From Octopus sinensis (taxonomy: Eukaryota): a DNA stretch of 64,000 nt. The position numbers and the translations under genes were made by a program. Below, piece after piece: positions 36,701 through 48,569 of this stretch; the stretch's first letter is position 1, and each line of letters starts with the position of its first letter. The notes below the pieces were generated by a model. That model made no database searches. It was given only the letters and a program-made list of their open reading frames with translations, and had not been told where the DNA came from. Where the stretch lies: NCBI RefSeq assembly GCF_006345805.1, contig NC_043000.1:23002001-23066000 (forward strand). Direction: 5' to 3'.

Positions 36701-38299
36701 GTACTTTAGCTTACTCCCTCCATTTGATGTTGGATTTTCCACTGACCATGGCAAGTTCATTGCACTCCTTTTATCTAAGAGTAAAGAAACTTTCAACAGA
36801 AAAAGTTCTAATTGAAAATCAGTCTTCTGCTTTCAGTTGGTCGTCAGTTGTATGCTGTGTTCTCTCAGAGACAGCTTTCAAGACTATCGGTAGACTGAGA
36901 ATGTAGACATTGTTCTCTGAGGTCAGTCACATCTCAATCAGATCGATTGAAGACTTTGTCATCAAGCTGATTTTTTTCAGAATTTATATTTACCACTTAC
37001 CAGTCAAAAGAAGCAATATGGCTGGAACAGATGTTGTTCATAGTAGACTTGGCTCGTCCACCATGTATTATGTCATCCAGATAAAAGGGTAAAAAACCTT
37101 CGGTCATGACTGACCATGGGATTGCACCTAGAAAGTTCCCCTCTGAGGCACAAGTCTGGGCAAGGTTGTTTACAGAAGACCAGCAGTTGTACATGCAAAC
37201 CAGCCTCAGCTCTTCATGCCACTGATGTTATCCGAGGGAAAGGCAAAGGCTGATACAGCTTGGTGCCAGTGACACCCCAATATCATTTCTACAGCTGAAT
37301 GAACTGGAGCAACGTGAAGTAAAGTGTCTTTTTTGAACTCACTACCTCATGATTGTGAGCTCGACACTTTAACCATTGAGACATGTGTCATCCAGATACA
37401 AGACATCAAATGGTGATTTTTAAACAATAGAAAAGATCAAAGAAAATTTGCTGCATGAACTTCACTCTACCTCTGAAAATGCATTCCAGGACACATTCCA
37501 GAACTGAAAAAATGTTAGGAGTGGTTTATCAACAGAGAATAGAACTATTCTGAAAGAGACAAGCCTAATTAAATTGTAAATAAAGCAATAACTTTGCCTC
37601 TCAAAAGGTTTGGGGTTTTGTTTTTTTTCCTACAAACCTCATTTATATATCATCATCATCATCATACATTTGCTTTCTATTTTGGCAAGAGTTTAACAGG
37701 TCACAGTATTTAGAAGCACTGCTAACCTAGAGGGGTCTCTTGCTTATTTTATATTTTTTACTTGATTCTGTAGCTTAGATGCCCTTCCTAATGCCAACCA
37801 CTTTACAAACTGCACTTATTGGGGTTTTTTTTCATGGTACTTGAGCACTAGAGTTGTCATGTCCTCAATAAAACTAAAGGGTTATCACAACATAACACTT
37901 TACAAAGTGTACTGGGTGTATTCTCAAGGCACCAGCACTAGAGAAGTAGCTGTGTCCTCAACACAACTAAAGGGGATCTTATGATCCATGACTCTGCTCT
38001 CTCACCAATCACTTTTACAGAGTGAAAGGTATGACAGATTCAGGTATGAAGGTTTATGATGTAAGGCACGTGTGATATGAGGGTAAATGATAGATGTACC
38101 CTGTATACTGAGTAAGGTACCTGTATGACCAAAAGGATAGAATAATGGCAGTAGGTAATATGACCCAGGATGTGTGTGTGTGTTCATTCATTCATTTTAC
38201 ATCTGTTTTTCTTACACACCTCAATATCAACTCCATTATGAAATGGAGAGGCAAAGTGATGTTCCTCCTATAGTCTGGATGCTATAATAATAATAATGA

Positions 38300-38830
38300 A
38301 ATTATTGTATACAGTGCTCAGATGCACCACAACTTGTCAAAAGTGCGTATAAAGCATATGCAGTAATGTACAAATGTCTGGGAAGTGAACAGTGTATGAG
38401 TCAGATACATGCTTGCATGTGTATGGAGGGGAGAAAATCAGGTGTAGTGTTGGCGAATCTCAGGAAGCATGAAAGTTTTGAAAGATGCAGTGCTCCGACA
38501 ACTGACAACTGATGCCTGCAGTCTGTTCCATGCTTCAGCAACTCTTAGCATGAAAAAATGTTTCTGAAAGTCATGGGAGCTGTGCTGTTTTCTGACTTTG
38601 TAAGCATGTCCACAGGTGTTAGACAGGTGGAATTTGAAAAGGTGCTCAGAGTTATTGTTAGTAAGATGGCTAATAATTTTATGGGTGTCTACCAAGTCAG
38701 CTGCCAGACATCGGAGTTTCAATGTATCCATACTCAGGGAAGTAAGGCATTCAGAATAGGGCAAATGCCTGATGGAGGGTATTCTCTTGGTTGCGAATGT
38801 CTTTGCTGTAAACTGTATAAACACTCGGCC
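38300..38830 (-). mobile_element. CR1-type LINE 3' end
   Basis: LKLRCL.ADL...GHAYKVRKQH...KHFF.LRVAEAWN.L (ORF 38438-38824). Related copies at 54540-54800 (-) and 55420-55770 (+). Confidence 0.8.
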
Positions 38831-39064
38831 CAGGGGCCACTTAAGAAGTTCTTACATTCTAAAATAAAGCAAAGAAAATATCCACTGCAGTTATTAATGT
38901 TGCATTTCTGTGCAGAATTGCAGTTGCATTAATTTATTTCAAGACTAATTACCAAAAGTAATAGGAAAGTTTATCTTAGATTGGTATCTGATTAATGGTA
39001 GGGTTTATCTCTCATCTCTTTAATGACACATGAACAAGAGTGAAGCAGTGGTATTATGTATTCA

Positions 39065-39547
39065 AAGACGGCGAGCTGGCAGAAACGTTAGCACACCGGG
39101 CGAAATGCGAATCCGTATTTCGTCTGCCGTTACGTTCTGAGTTCAAATCCCGCCGAGGTCGACTTTGCCTTTCATCCTTTCGGAGTCGATAAATTAAGTA
39201 CCAGTTACGCACTGGGATCGATATAATCGACTTAATCCGCTTGTCTGTCCTTGTTTGTCCTCTCTGTGTTTAGCCCCTTGTGGGTAGTAAAGAAATAGGT
39301 ATTATGTATTCACGAAGGCAGCGAGCTGGCAGAAAAGTTAGCATGCCGGGCAAAATGCTTAGCGGTATTTCATCTGCCGTTATGTTCTGAGTTCAAATTC
39401 TGCTGAGGTGGACTTTGCCATTCATCCTTTCGGGGGTCAATAAATTAAGTACCAGTTACGTACTGGGTTGATATAATCAACTTAATCCGTTTGTCTGTCC
39501 TTGTTTGTCCTCTCTGTGTTTAGCCCCTTGCGGGCAGTAAAAAAATA
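39065..39547 (+). mobile_element. SINE family B (GGCGGCGAGCTGGCAG head), tandem pair
   Basis: Other copies: 13255-13610(-), 31155-31550(+), 33465-33610(-), 35235-35452(+), 36300-36520(-), 45030-45240(-), 47690-47815(-), 52410-52630(+). A-box-like and B-box-like (GAGTTCAAATTCC) motifs are present. Confidence 0.88.
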
Positions 39548-39728
39548 GGTATTATGTATTCACATGAAAGGATTAATGTTTTATTCCAAAACATCTAAAT
39601 AAGATTTTGTTTTATATCTCAAATTTAAATCTCAAATTGCTCCTTTAAATCAACCCATAACATACCTATACATAATCTGTTTTTATTTTTTTCTATTATA
39701 ATTCTAGTGATTGGTATTGTTGTTGAAC

Positions 39729-40440
39729 ATGGATCAGAAATCATTTGATCTACTAACAGACACTTTGGATATACATTATGAAGTTCTTGACAATATCCAC
39801 CAAGGCCGAAAAATATTTAAAGCAGCAATAACTTTGACCAATCATTGCTCAGTTCCTCTTGAGCCAGGTCCATGGGCAATCTATTTATGCCACATCCGCT
39901 TGATTGAGCCAAAATACTTGTCAAAAAATTCTTTTGCCGAACTAACTGAATATGGTGTGAAGTTTTCACATGTTAATGGAAGCCTTTTCAAATTGGAACC
40001 CCTTGAGTCTTTCAAAACACTGACTAATAATGATTCTGTTAAAATAATATTCCTTGCTCAGTATTATTCCGTTGCTAAAACTGATGTTCTGCCTAATTGG
40101 TATATGACTTATCCTGATTTGATTCCTCGCATCATCAAGTGCACAGCTGATGAAGATCTTAATTTCGTGGGTCAATTTAACAAACCATCTCAATGGAAAC
40201 GTTACGATTATGAATTAGCTGATGGCAAACGACGTTATGACATTTATGATCCTTTTACACCAAAGGTTCGCTTTGAAAGGAACTTGTCTGCTTACAGCTC
40301 TAATGAAGAAATTAAACCAGTTATACCTACGCCACTCCAAATGGTTTGCAGTAAAACCAAATGTATCTATTTGAGAGAAGGAAACTGGGTAATATATACT
40401 AAAGATCTAACTCTGTCCAAAGATGCTGAGTATCTCTCAG
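39729..40440 (+). CDS. GH20 beta-N-acetylhexosaminidase (chitobiase type), coding exon 1: N-terminal CHB_HEX carbohydrate-binding domain
   Basis: Pyrimidine-rich TAG acceptor at 39706-39707, in-frame TGA at 39708, ATG at 39729 and donor GTAAGC at 40441. The peptide (VLDN, FKLEP, DVLPNWY, QWKR, VIPTP) resembles the N-terminal domain of Serratia chitobiase. Confidence 0.88.
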
Positions 40441-41101
40441 GTAAGCTGCTTTTAACCTAACAACCATTATGTATGTATACTCTTTACTCTTTTACTTGTT
40501 TCAGTCATTTGACTGTGGCCATGCTGGAGCACCCCTTTAGTCGAGCAAATCGACCCCAGGACTTATTCTTTGTCAGCCTAGTACTTATTCTATCGGTCTC
40601 TTTTTGCTGGACCGCTAAGTTACGGGGACGGAAACACACCAGCATCGGTTGTCAAGCGATGTTGGGGGGACAAACACAGATACAAAAACACACACACACA
40701 TATATATATATACATATACATATATCCAACGGGCTTCTTTCAGTTTCCGTCTACCAAATCCACTCACAAGGCTTTGGTCGGCCCAAGGCTATAGTAGAAG
40801 ACACTTGTCCAAGGTGCCACACAGTGGGACTGAACTCAGAACCATGTGGTTGGTAAGCTTCTTTTGTTAACTTCTTGAATGTTCTCTTCAGATGTTACTA
40901 CATTGACAATATGATCATCAAGGGGACAAATCTAACCCCTTATTGTCAAATTTTATGTATCCAGTAAGTCCTACTCTTGAATTCATTCAGGTACACCAAG
41001 TCCTTTAATTTTATTACAATTTTAAAAATTACTTTGGAAACTGAAATTTATGTTACCATATATATATTTTTTTTTTTATTTTTTATTTTTTTTTTTTATA
41101 G

Positions 41102-41532
41102 GAAAGCTACAGCTAAAAATTGTTTCTCAGCTCCCTGAAACTAAGTACATTTATCTTAAATTAGTTCCATCTGTGCAACTTCCACCTCAAAAGCATTCAC
41201 TTATTTCTAAGGAGGCTTATACACTTACTGTTGATTGCCTAGAAGATGTGATTGAAATAACTGCCAGCACTTCTCAAGGTCTATTCTGGGGGATCCAGTC
41301 TTTATTAAGTCTTTATAAGGATGAACGTATTCCAGAAGTGAAAATCGTTGATGCTCCAAGATACGAATATCGTGGTCTTCATGTCGATGTCGTAAGAAAC
41401 TTCCATGGAAAACAAGAAATGTTCAAACTCATCGACAGCATGATTATGTACAAGATGAACAAATTACATTTGCATTTAACAGATGATGAAGGATGGCGGA
41501 TTGAAATCCCTGGTCTTGAGGAGATGACATCT
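41102..41532 (+). CDS. GH20 chitobiase-type hexosaminidase, coding exon 2 (GH20b domain end and start of catalytic barrel)
   Basis: T-rich TAG acceptor and GTAAGG donor. Motifs GLFWGIQSL, DAPRYEYRGLHVDVVRNF and NKLHLHLTDDEGWRIEIPGL. Phase 1-0. Confidence 0.95.
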
Positions 41533-43330
41533 GTAAGGTCTATTTTTTTTCATTTTTGTCATTTTGATAAATTTCTGCTAAAATTTAAATACCTTTCTTT
41601 AGTTTACTCTTTTACTATTTTACTTGTTTCAGTCATTTGACTGTAGCCATGCTGGTGCACTGCCTTTAGTCAAGCAAATCGACCCCAGGACTTATTCTTT
41701 GTAAGCCTTGTACTTATTCTATCGGTCTCTTTTGCTGAACCGCTAAGTTACGGGGACATAAACACACCAGCATCAGTTGTCAAGCGATGTTGGGGCGACA
41801 AACACAGACACACAAACATATATACGACGGGCTTCTTTCAATTTCCATCTACCAAATCCACACACAAGGCTTTGGTCGGTCCGAGGCTATAGTAAAAGAC
41901 ACTTGTCCAAGGTGCCACGCAGTGGGACTGAACCCGGAACCTTATTAGTTGATTAAACTAACTTTTTTTATAGACTTACAATCCGTATAAGTGTTTATAA
42001 AATACTAAATATTGGCTGGTGGCTTAAAGCCTTTGATATCAAGTCATGAGAATGCACTTACATTGCATTTATTTGCATGATAACTTTTTTTTTAATGGCA
42101 TAGTCAAAGAAAGAAGGGTTTTTAAGACTCAAGAAGGAAGACTTGTGACCTGTCCCAAACACTTGACACACAGCACACTCCACTAAAAGCACAAAAAGTC
42201 CAAGTAATGGTGTTAAACCAGATGACAAGTTAGGCCTACCACCCAAGAACAGGAAAAGTTCCTCTGATGGGATTCCTCACAGTTTCCATTTACTAAATTT
42301 CACCCACAAGGCTTTTGGTCAGTCTGAGGCTGTAATATAGAACACTCAAGGTGCTGTGCAATGAGATTGACATCAAAACCACTTCTAAATCACTCAGCTA
42401 TACTTGCTCCAAGTTTAATCACAGTATTGACCAGGCTATCAGATGTCGTTTACATCACTAGTCACAATGCACTTTGCATTGTTTTGGTCTTCGAATGATA
42501 CCACCCCACTGATTAGGTGAGCAGGCCAACATTCCCCATGGTAGGGTTACCTGTTTACAGCCAAGTGGACTGGAGCAATGTGAAATAAAGTGTTTTACTC
42601 AGGAACACAATGCACTGCCCAGTCCAGGAATTGATCCCACATGAGTAATCATGAGTGTAACACCCTAACCACTAGGTCACACACTTTCACTCCAGTTTAA
42701 TAAAGCAATCAAAACAATGAAGGAAGGATTTTTTCTGTCCCCCTCTCTGAACTACTGGCTATAAAGTTATCCCTCCTCTTCTAGCACAACATAAAGCTGC
42801 TTTATGTGGCTCGTAAAAACACCATTCGAGCGTAATCGTTACCTGCGTCGCCTTACTGGCACTTGTGCTGGTGGCACATGAAAAAACATTCGAGCAATGT
42901 CGTCGCCAGTGCCACAGGACTGACTCCTGTGCAGGTGGCACATAAAAAGCACCATTTGAGCGTGGCCATTGTGAATACCGCCTGACTGTTTCCAGTCAGA
43001 CTGACATTTGGTATTGTTCTGTGATAATATAATGCACCCAGTACACTCTCAGAGTGGTTGGCATTAGGAAGGGCATCCAGCTGTAGAAACTCTGCCAGAT
43101 CAGATTGGAGTCGGGTGCAGCCACCTGGTTCACCAGTCCTCAGTCAAATTGTCCAACCCATGCTAGCATGGAAAGCGGACATTAAACAATGATGATGATG
43201 ATGAAGTCATTATCTTTACTTTTTTTTTTCTTTTATTCTGTCCAAATTTTTTTTCAACTTTTGAATGTTTTGATTTTTAAAACCTGCATTTTAGTTATTT
43301 TTCAAAATATAAACCACTTCTTTTCTGCAG

Positions 43331-44071
43331 GTTGGCGGATATCGCGGTCATAACGCCTCTGGAGACTGTCACATTTTACCATTATTGGGTTCTGGCCCAA
43401 ATTCTGATACATCAGGTTCTGGTTACTATTCAGTCAAAGACTATAGAGAAATTCTACTTTATGCTACTGAACGCCATGTTGAGATTATCCCCGAGGTGGA
43501 CATGCCAGGACATTGCAATGCTGCTATTCAAGCTGTCAAATCCCATTACGAAAAACTCTGTTCTGCTGGTAAAATGGAAGAAGCTGCAAAATATATGTTG
43601 CATGAATCAAGCGAAGTCCAGAGTTCGGTAACAACTCAATCCTGCCAGTTATTTCATGAAAACCTACTGAATCCAGGCCTTGAATCAACTTTTAATTTTG
43701 TTGAAATGGTGGTGTTAGCTTTGAAGGAGATGCACGAAGACATAGCTCCCTTGAGGGTGTTCCACTTTGGTGGAGACGAAGTCCCGATTGATATGTGGGA
43801 AGAATCACCAGCTTGTCGAAAGCTCTTCAATTCTTCTGAAGACATAGTGACTTTGGATGATCTTTTAGAACATTTTGTGCGTAGAGTAGCTGCCATTGTT
43901 TATAAACATGGTTTAAGCCTGGGAGCTTGGCAAGATGGTATGGTGTCTATCGATGGACCGTTCGAACGTTCTAGTATACCCCAGGAAGATGTTCTTGTGT
44001 ATGCTTGGCAGAATGTTTGGGAATCAGGAAAAGCTAATATTGCCTATATGCTGGCTAATGCTGGATATAAA
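43331..44071 (+). CDS. GH20 chitobiase-type hexosaminidase, coding exon 3 (catalytic HFGGDE)
   Basis: CAG acceptor at 43329-43330 and GTAAGT donor at 44072. 741 nt, phase 0-0. Contains EIIPEVDMPGH and the catalytic Asp-Glu pair (GAC GAA at 43775-43780). Confidence 0.95.
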
Positions 44072-45844
44072 GTAAGTTTAAAAATTGAATTTTTAAATTT
44101 ATACAAATGTTCTTATGTGTTGTTTGTGTGTGTGTGTAGTTTTTTATTATATCATTTATCATTTACTTGATTTAGTATTAGACTGCGGCCATGCTGGAGC
44201 CCACCTTGAAGAATTTTTATTTGAACAAATCGACCCCTGTACTTTATTTTTATAAGCCTAGTACTGTTCTATCAGTCTCTTTTGCTGAACTGCTTTGTTG
44301 CAGGGACATAAACAAACCAATACCAGTTGTCAAGTGTTGATGGGGGACAAACATGGATACAAAAACACACATATCTGTTATCTTTTACTGGTTTCAAACC
44401 AGGGCTGAGGATATACATTATATATACAACAGACTCCTTTCAGTTTCCGCCTACCTAATCCACTCCCAAGGCTTTGGTCAGCCTGAGGCCATAGTAGAAA
44501 ACACTTTCTTAACGTGCCACACCATGGGACTGAACCCAGAGCCATGTGGTTGAGAAGCAAACTTCTTAGTACACAGCTATGCTTGCACCTGTATTTTTTT
44601 TTTCTGGGTTTCAGTTAAGAAAATCACAACAAAAATTAATTGTTTTAAGATTTTCCTGTTTTACAGAATAAATTTTTTTTCAAATTTGGTGTGATTGAAG
44701 GATCTGTGATCATCGCCTTCACAGCCCCTTTGAGACTAATGAGACTGAAACCGTTCATGTTCTGCTTAACCCTTTTGTTACCAACCCGGCTGAAGCCGGT
44801 TCTTGAGTACAAATGTCTTGTTTTCATAAATCTCTACATATATAAAGCTGAAGTTGTTTGTGTATGGCAGGCTTGGTAGCCTTCAATTAACAATATCTCC
44901 TCCGAGTCCCTGTGGCGCAAGTTGACCAAAATTGAGAGTATGATAGAAGGCTTGCTCTTCCTTCCATAGAAGAAAAAATTCAAATCAGACCATGTTAACT
45001 AGGTAAAAAAATAAATAAATAAATAATCTTTTCTACTCTAGGCACAAGGCCTGAAATTTTTAGGGAGGGGGCCAGTCAATTAGATCTACCCCAGTACGCA
45101 ATTGGTACTTAATTTATCAACCCCCAAAAGGATGAAAGGCAAAGTCAACCTCAGCGGAATTTAAACTCATAATGTAAAGACAGACGAAATACCACTAAGC
45201 ATTTCACCCAGTGTGCTAACATTTCTGCCAGCTCACTGCTTTAAATAAATAAATAATACCACAAGTTGTTTGTGTATATCAACATGTATTTACTGTAATA
45301 TTTGTTGACAGTAATTGGCATTAGGAAGGGCATCCAGCCATAGCCAAATAAGACTGGAGTCTGGTGCGGCCTTCCAGTTTACCAGCCCTGGTCAAACCAT
45401 AATGATGATGATGATTTCAGAAAAAGTTATGAATGAAGTTTTCATGGCTGTGTGGTAAGATGCTTGCTTCTCAACCACATGGTTCCGGGCTCAGTCCCAC
45501 TGTGTGACACCTTGGGCAAGTGTCTTCTACTATAGCTTTGGGCCGACCAAAGCCTTGTGAGTGGATTTGGTAGACGGAAACTGAAAGCCCGTCACGTGTG
45601 TGTGTTTGTTTGTCTGTATTTGTCCCTCCACCTTCACCTGACAACTGCTGTTGGTGTGTTTACGTCCCCATATCTTAGCGGTCCAGCAAAAGAGACCGAT
45701 AGAATAAGTTCTAGGCTTACAAAAGAATAAGTCCTGGGGTTGATTTGCTTGACTAAAGGCAGTGCTCCAGCATGGCCACAGTCAAATGACTGAAACAAGT
45801 AAAAGAGTAAAAGAGAGAGTAACTGTTTTGAACTTTACTTCTAG

Positions 45845-46082
45845 GTTGTCATGTCTCAGGCTACACACCTTTATTTTGACCACCCTTATGAACCAGATCC
45901 TGAAGAGAGAGGTCTTTATTGGGCAGCCCGGTTTATAGACACTGAAAAAGTGTTTAAGTTCATTCCAGATGACCTCTATGCTAACGCTGATTATAAACTG
46001 ACGGGTGAACCTCTTTCTATTGATGATATTAAAACTTATGAGAAGAAAATAGTGAACCTAAAAGTTCCTGAAAACATTATTG
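45845..46082 (+). CDS. GH20 chitobiase-type hexosaminidase, coding exon 4
   Basis: CTAG acceptor and GTAAGT donor. Motif YFDHPYEPDPEERGLYWA. Phase 0-1. Confidence 0.93.
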
Positions 46083-46938
46083 GTAAGTAAAACAGTATTT
46101 TCTTAATGACTTTCAGAAGCTGTTTCGTTTGGTCACAATAATTGTTCTAGAACATTTGTTATTTTGCAGAGCCGTACTTGTTTGGCAAATGACTTAGTTT
46201 ACATTATTATCTTTATAATAATATTGGGTCATCCCATAAATAATGCAGTTTTTCTCAATGGCATGAACTAAAAGTCGGCGGGGTTAACTATTTAACCAAC
46301 TAACTAATTGATTGTTTCAGTAATTTTTCAGTTAATCAATCAATCAGATTTGTCTAAGTCCTTTTGTTGTCATTCACAACCTCGTGAATGACATACCTTC
46401 TCTACTCAATCTTTTACTAACTGATAGATTAGCTGAAAAATTGATCAAATAATTGTTTAGCTAATTGGTTAAATACTTAACCAATTAACAAATAATTAAT
46501 AAAGAAGTGAAATAGAACTAATGCATGTGTTTATTATTGTCATAATGGCCCTCCAAAGATAACATATCAGTTTCATGATCACATCTCAAATGAAAGGAAT
46601 TTGAAGGTTGTGACCCTCAAATGATACAACAAAATATGTTTCAACACATGAGTTCACATCAAGAATCTTGCAAACCAAATACAAAACTTAAATATAAACC
46701 TAAAATGTTTTAGTTCTATATTTAAGAGATGAGGAAATATGTGCGTTATTTACATTTGACGGATATTTGTCCTCATCTTGTTTGGGCATATGGCGTAGTG
46801 GTTAAGAGCACAGGCTACTAACCCCAAGATTCCGAGTTCAATTCCAGACAGTGACCCAAATATAATAATAATAATAATAATAATAATAACATCAAAAAAT
46901 ACCTTAGGAATGAGAACTCGGGTTCGAAATTTCCCCAA

Positions 46939-46984
46939 GACACCTGATGAAGGCTGAAGGGTATATCAGCCAAAAGGTTGTGTT
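46939..46984 (+). ncRNA. Degenerate minimal type I hammerhead ribozyme motif
   Basis: GACAC-CTGATGA-A-GGCTGA(agggtata)TCAGCC-aAAA-gGTT-GTGTT. Stem I (GACAC/GTGTT), stem II (6 bp) and the CUGAUGA core are intact. GAAA and the stem III C are mutated in this copy. Confidence 0.65.
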
Positions 46985-47025
46985 AGCAACAAACAAGATG
47001 AGAACAAATATCTATCAAATGTAAA

Positions 47026-47378
47026 TCTCTATATATATAAACGGCAAAATGTCTGTCTTTGTGTGTGTCCTTTATGCAAATCCACAATTTTTCAGTTAGA
47101 GGGCTCGCACATTCTTTGGTCATTCAAAACCGTCCAAGGGTGGTCGTGCACATCTTTACATTTCCCCAGTCACCCCGCAAAGCCATTAAAAAATCAATAG
47201 AAGTGACTTTTTTGTGAATTTTCTATCCAAAACCCAATCAAAATGCCCGAAACTTGATACGCTAGCTGTATGTGATTGGTCGGAGATTTGGACAGTACTC
47301 GCGTGTATGTGTGCACGCACGCAGCTGTATATGCATGCACTAGCACTATGACCCAGCGTTGCTGGGTCATAGTGCTAG
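47026..47378 (+). mobile_element. Non-autonomous Helitron nested in the hammerhead element
   Basis: 5' TC(TCTATATATATAAA), 3' hairpin and CTAG terminus, insertion between A and T with no TSD. The host sequence rejoins across the insertion. Confidence 0.8.
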
Positions 47379-48316
47379 TAATGTATAAAATGTTTTAGTT
47401 GAAAATAAGATATTTCTTTCTGCTATAGGCACACAGTCTGAAGTTTGAAGTGAAAGGGGTAGATGATTATATTGACCTCTTTTATACCCCTTGTTGCGGA
47501 TATATGACTTTAACAAAGCGGGGTGTAAAGCAATGTATTACCAACTTAACCTTCCAACTATCAACATGTGAGACATCAACTCCTTCTTCTACCATCTCAA
47601 ATTACTCTTTATAAGAGTTTGATGATTCCACCTTTTAATCACGCAGGAGTGTTAATGTCTATCACCACAACAACCTCAGCACTCAACTGATAGTTATTTT
47701 ATCAACCTCAAAAGGGTGACAGTCAACCATGACAGAATTTGAACTCAGAATGGAAAGACAGATAAAATACCACTAAGCATTTTGTCCGGTGTGCTAACAA
47801 TTCTGCCAGCCTGCCATTTTAGTTGAAAATAAGATATTAATATGACCTTGGCTGCTAACCTGTTGAATATGCTAAAGAATTTTCTGAGTGGCTGTGTGGT
47901 AAGTAGCTTGCTTACCAACCACATGGTTCCAAGTTCAGTCCCACTGCGTGGCACCTTGGGCAAGTGTCTTCTACTATAGCCTCAGGCCGACCAAAGTCTT
48001 GTGAGTGGATTTGGTAAACAGAAACTGAAGGAAGCCCGTTGTATATATGTATACATATATATGTGTGTGTGTATGTTTGTGTGTCTGTGTTTGTCCCCCC
48101 AACATCGCTTGACAACCGATGCTGGTGTGTTTACGTCCCCGTAACTTAGCGGTTCGGCAAAAGAGCCCCATAGAATAAGTACTAGGCTAACAAAGAATAA
48201 GTCCTGGGGTCGATTTGCTCGACTAAAGGCGGTGCTCCAGCATGGCCACAGTCAAATGACTGAAACAAGTAAAAGAGTAAATGAGTAACCTTTTAAATTT
48301 CTGTTTCTCCTTGTAG

Positions 48317-48569
48317 GGATCCAAGGTCAACTGTGGTCAGAACTAGTCCGTACATCTGAACAACTGGAGTGTATGGTATTTCCTCGTCTTATAGCTATGG
48401 CTGAAAGGGCATGGCACAAAGCAAGCTGGGAAGATGAAACAGACAAATGCAAAAGAGATGCTGAATCAACAAAAGATTGGGCCAGCCTTGCTAAAACACT
48501 TGGTACAAAAGAATTATCTCGATTGGAACAGGCACATATAGCTTATCATTTAGTGCCACCTGGTGCCAG
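48317..48569 (+). CDS. GH20 chitobiase-type hexosaminidase, coding exon 5
   Basis: TAG acceptor and GTAAGA donor. Motifs GIQGQLWSE and FPRLIAMAERAW. Phase 1-2. Confidence 0.93.

Larger units (their letters stand above)
46716..47385 (+). mobile_element. tRNA-headed element with hammerhead-like motif and Penelope-type inverted terminus
   Basis: 15-bp TSD TAAAATGTTTTAGTT (46701-46715 and 47386-47400). Inverted arm 46716-46784. A box 46791-46801 and B box about 46834-46845. (AAT)n spacer. Hammerhead-like motif 46939-46984. Confidence 0.75.

Noticed and set aside
46784-46860. Functional tRNA gene (also considered for other SINE heads)
   Set aside because: A and B boxes are present but there is no complete cloverleaf or acceptor stem; these are SINE heads.
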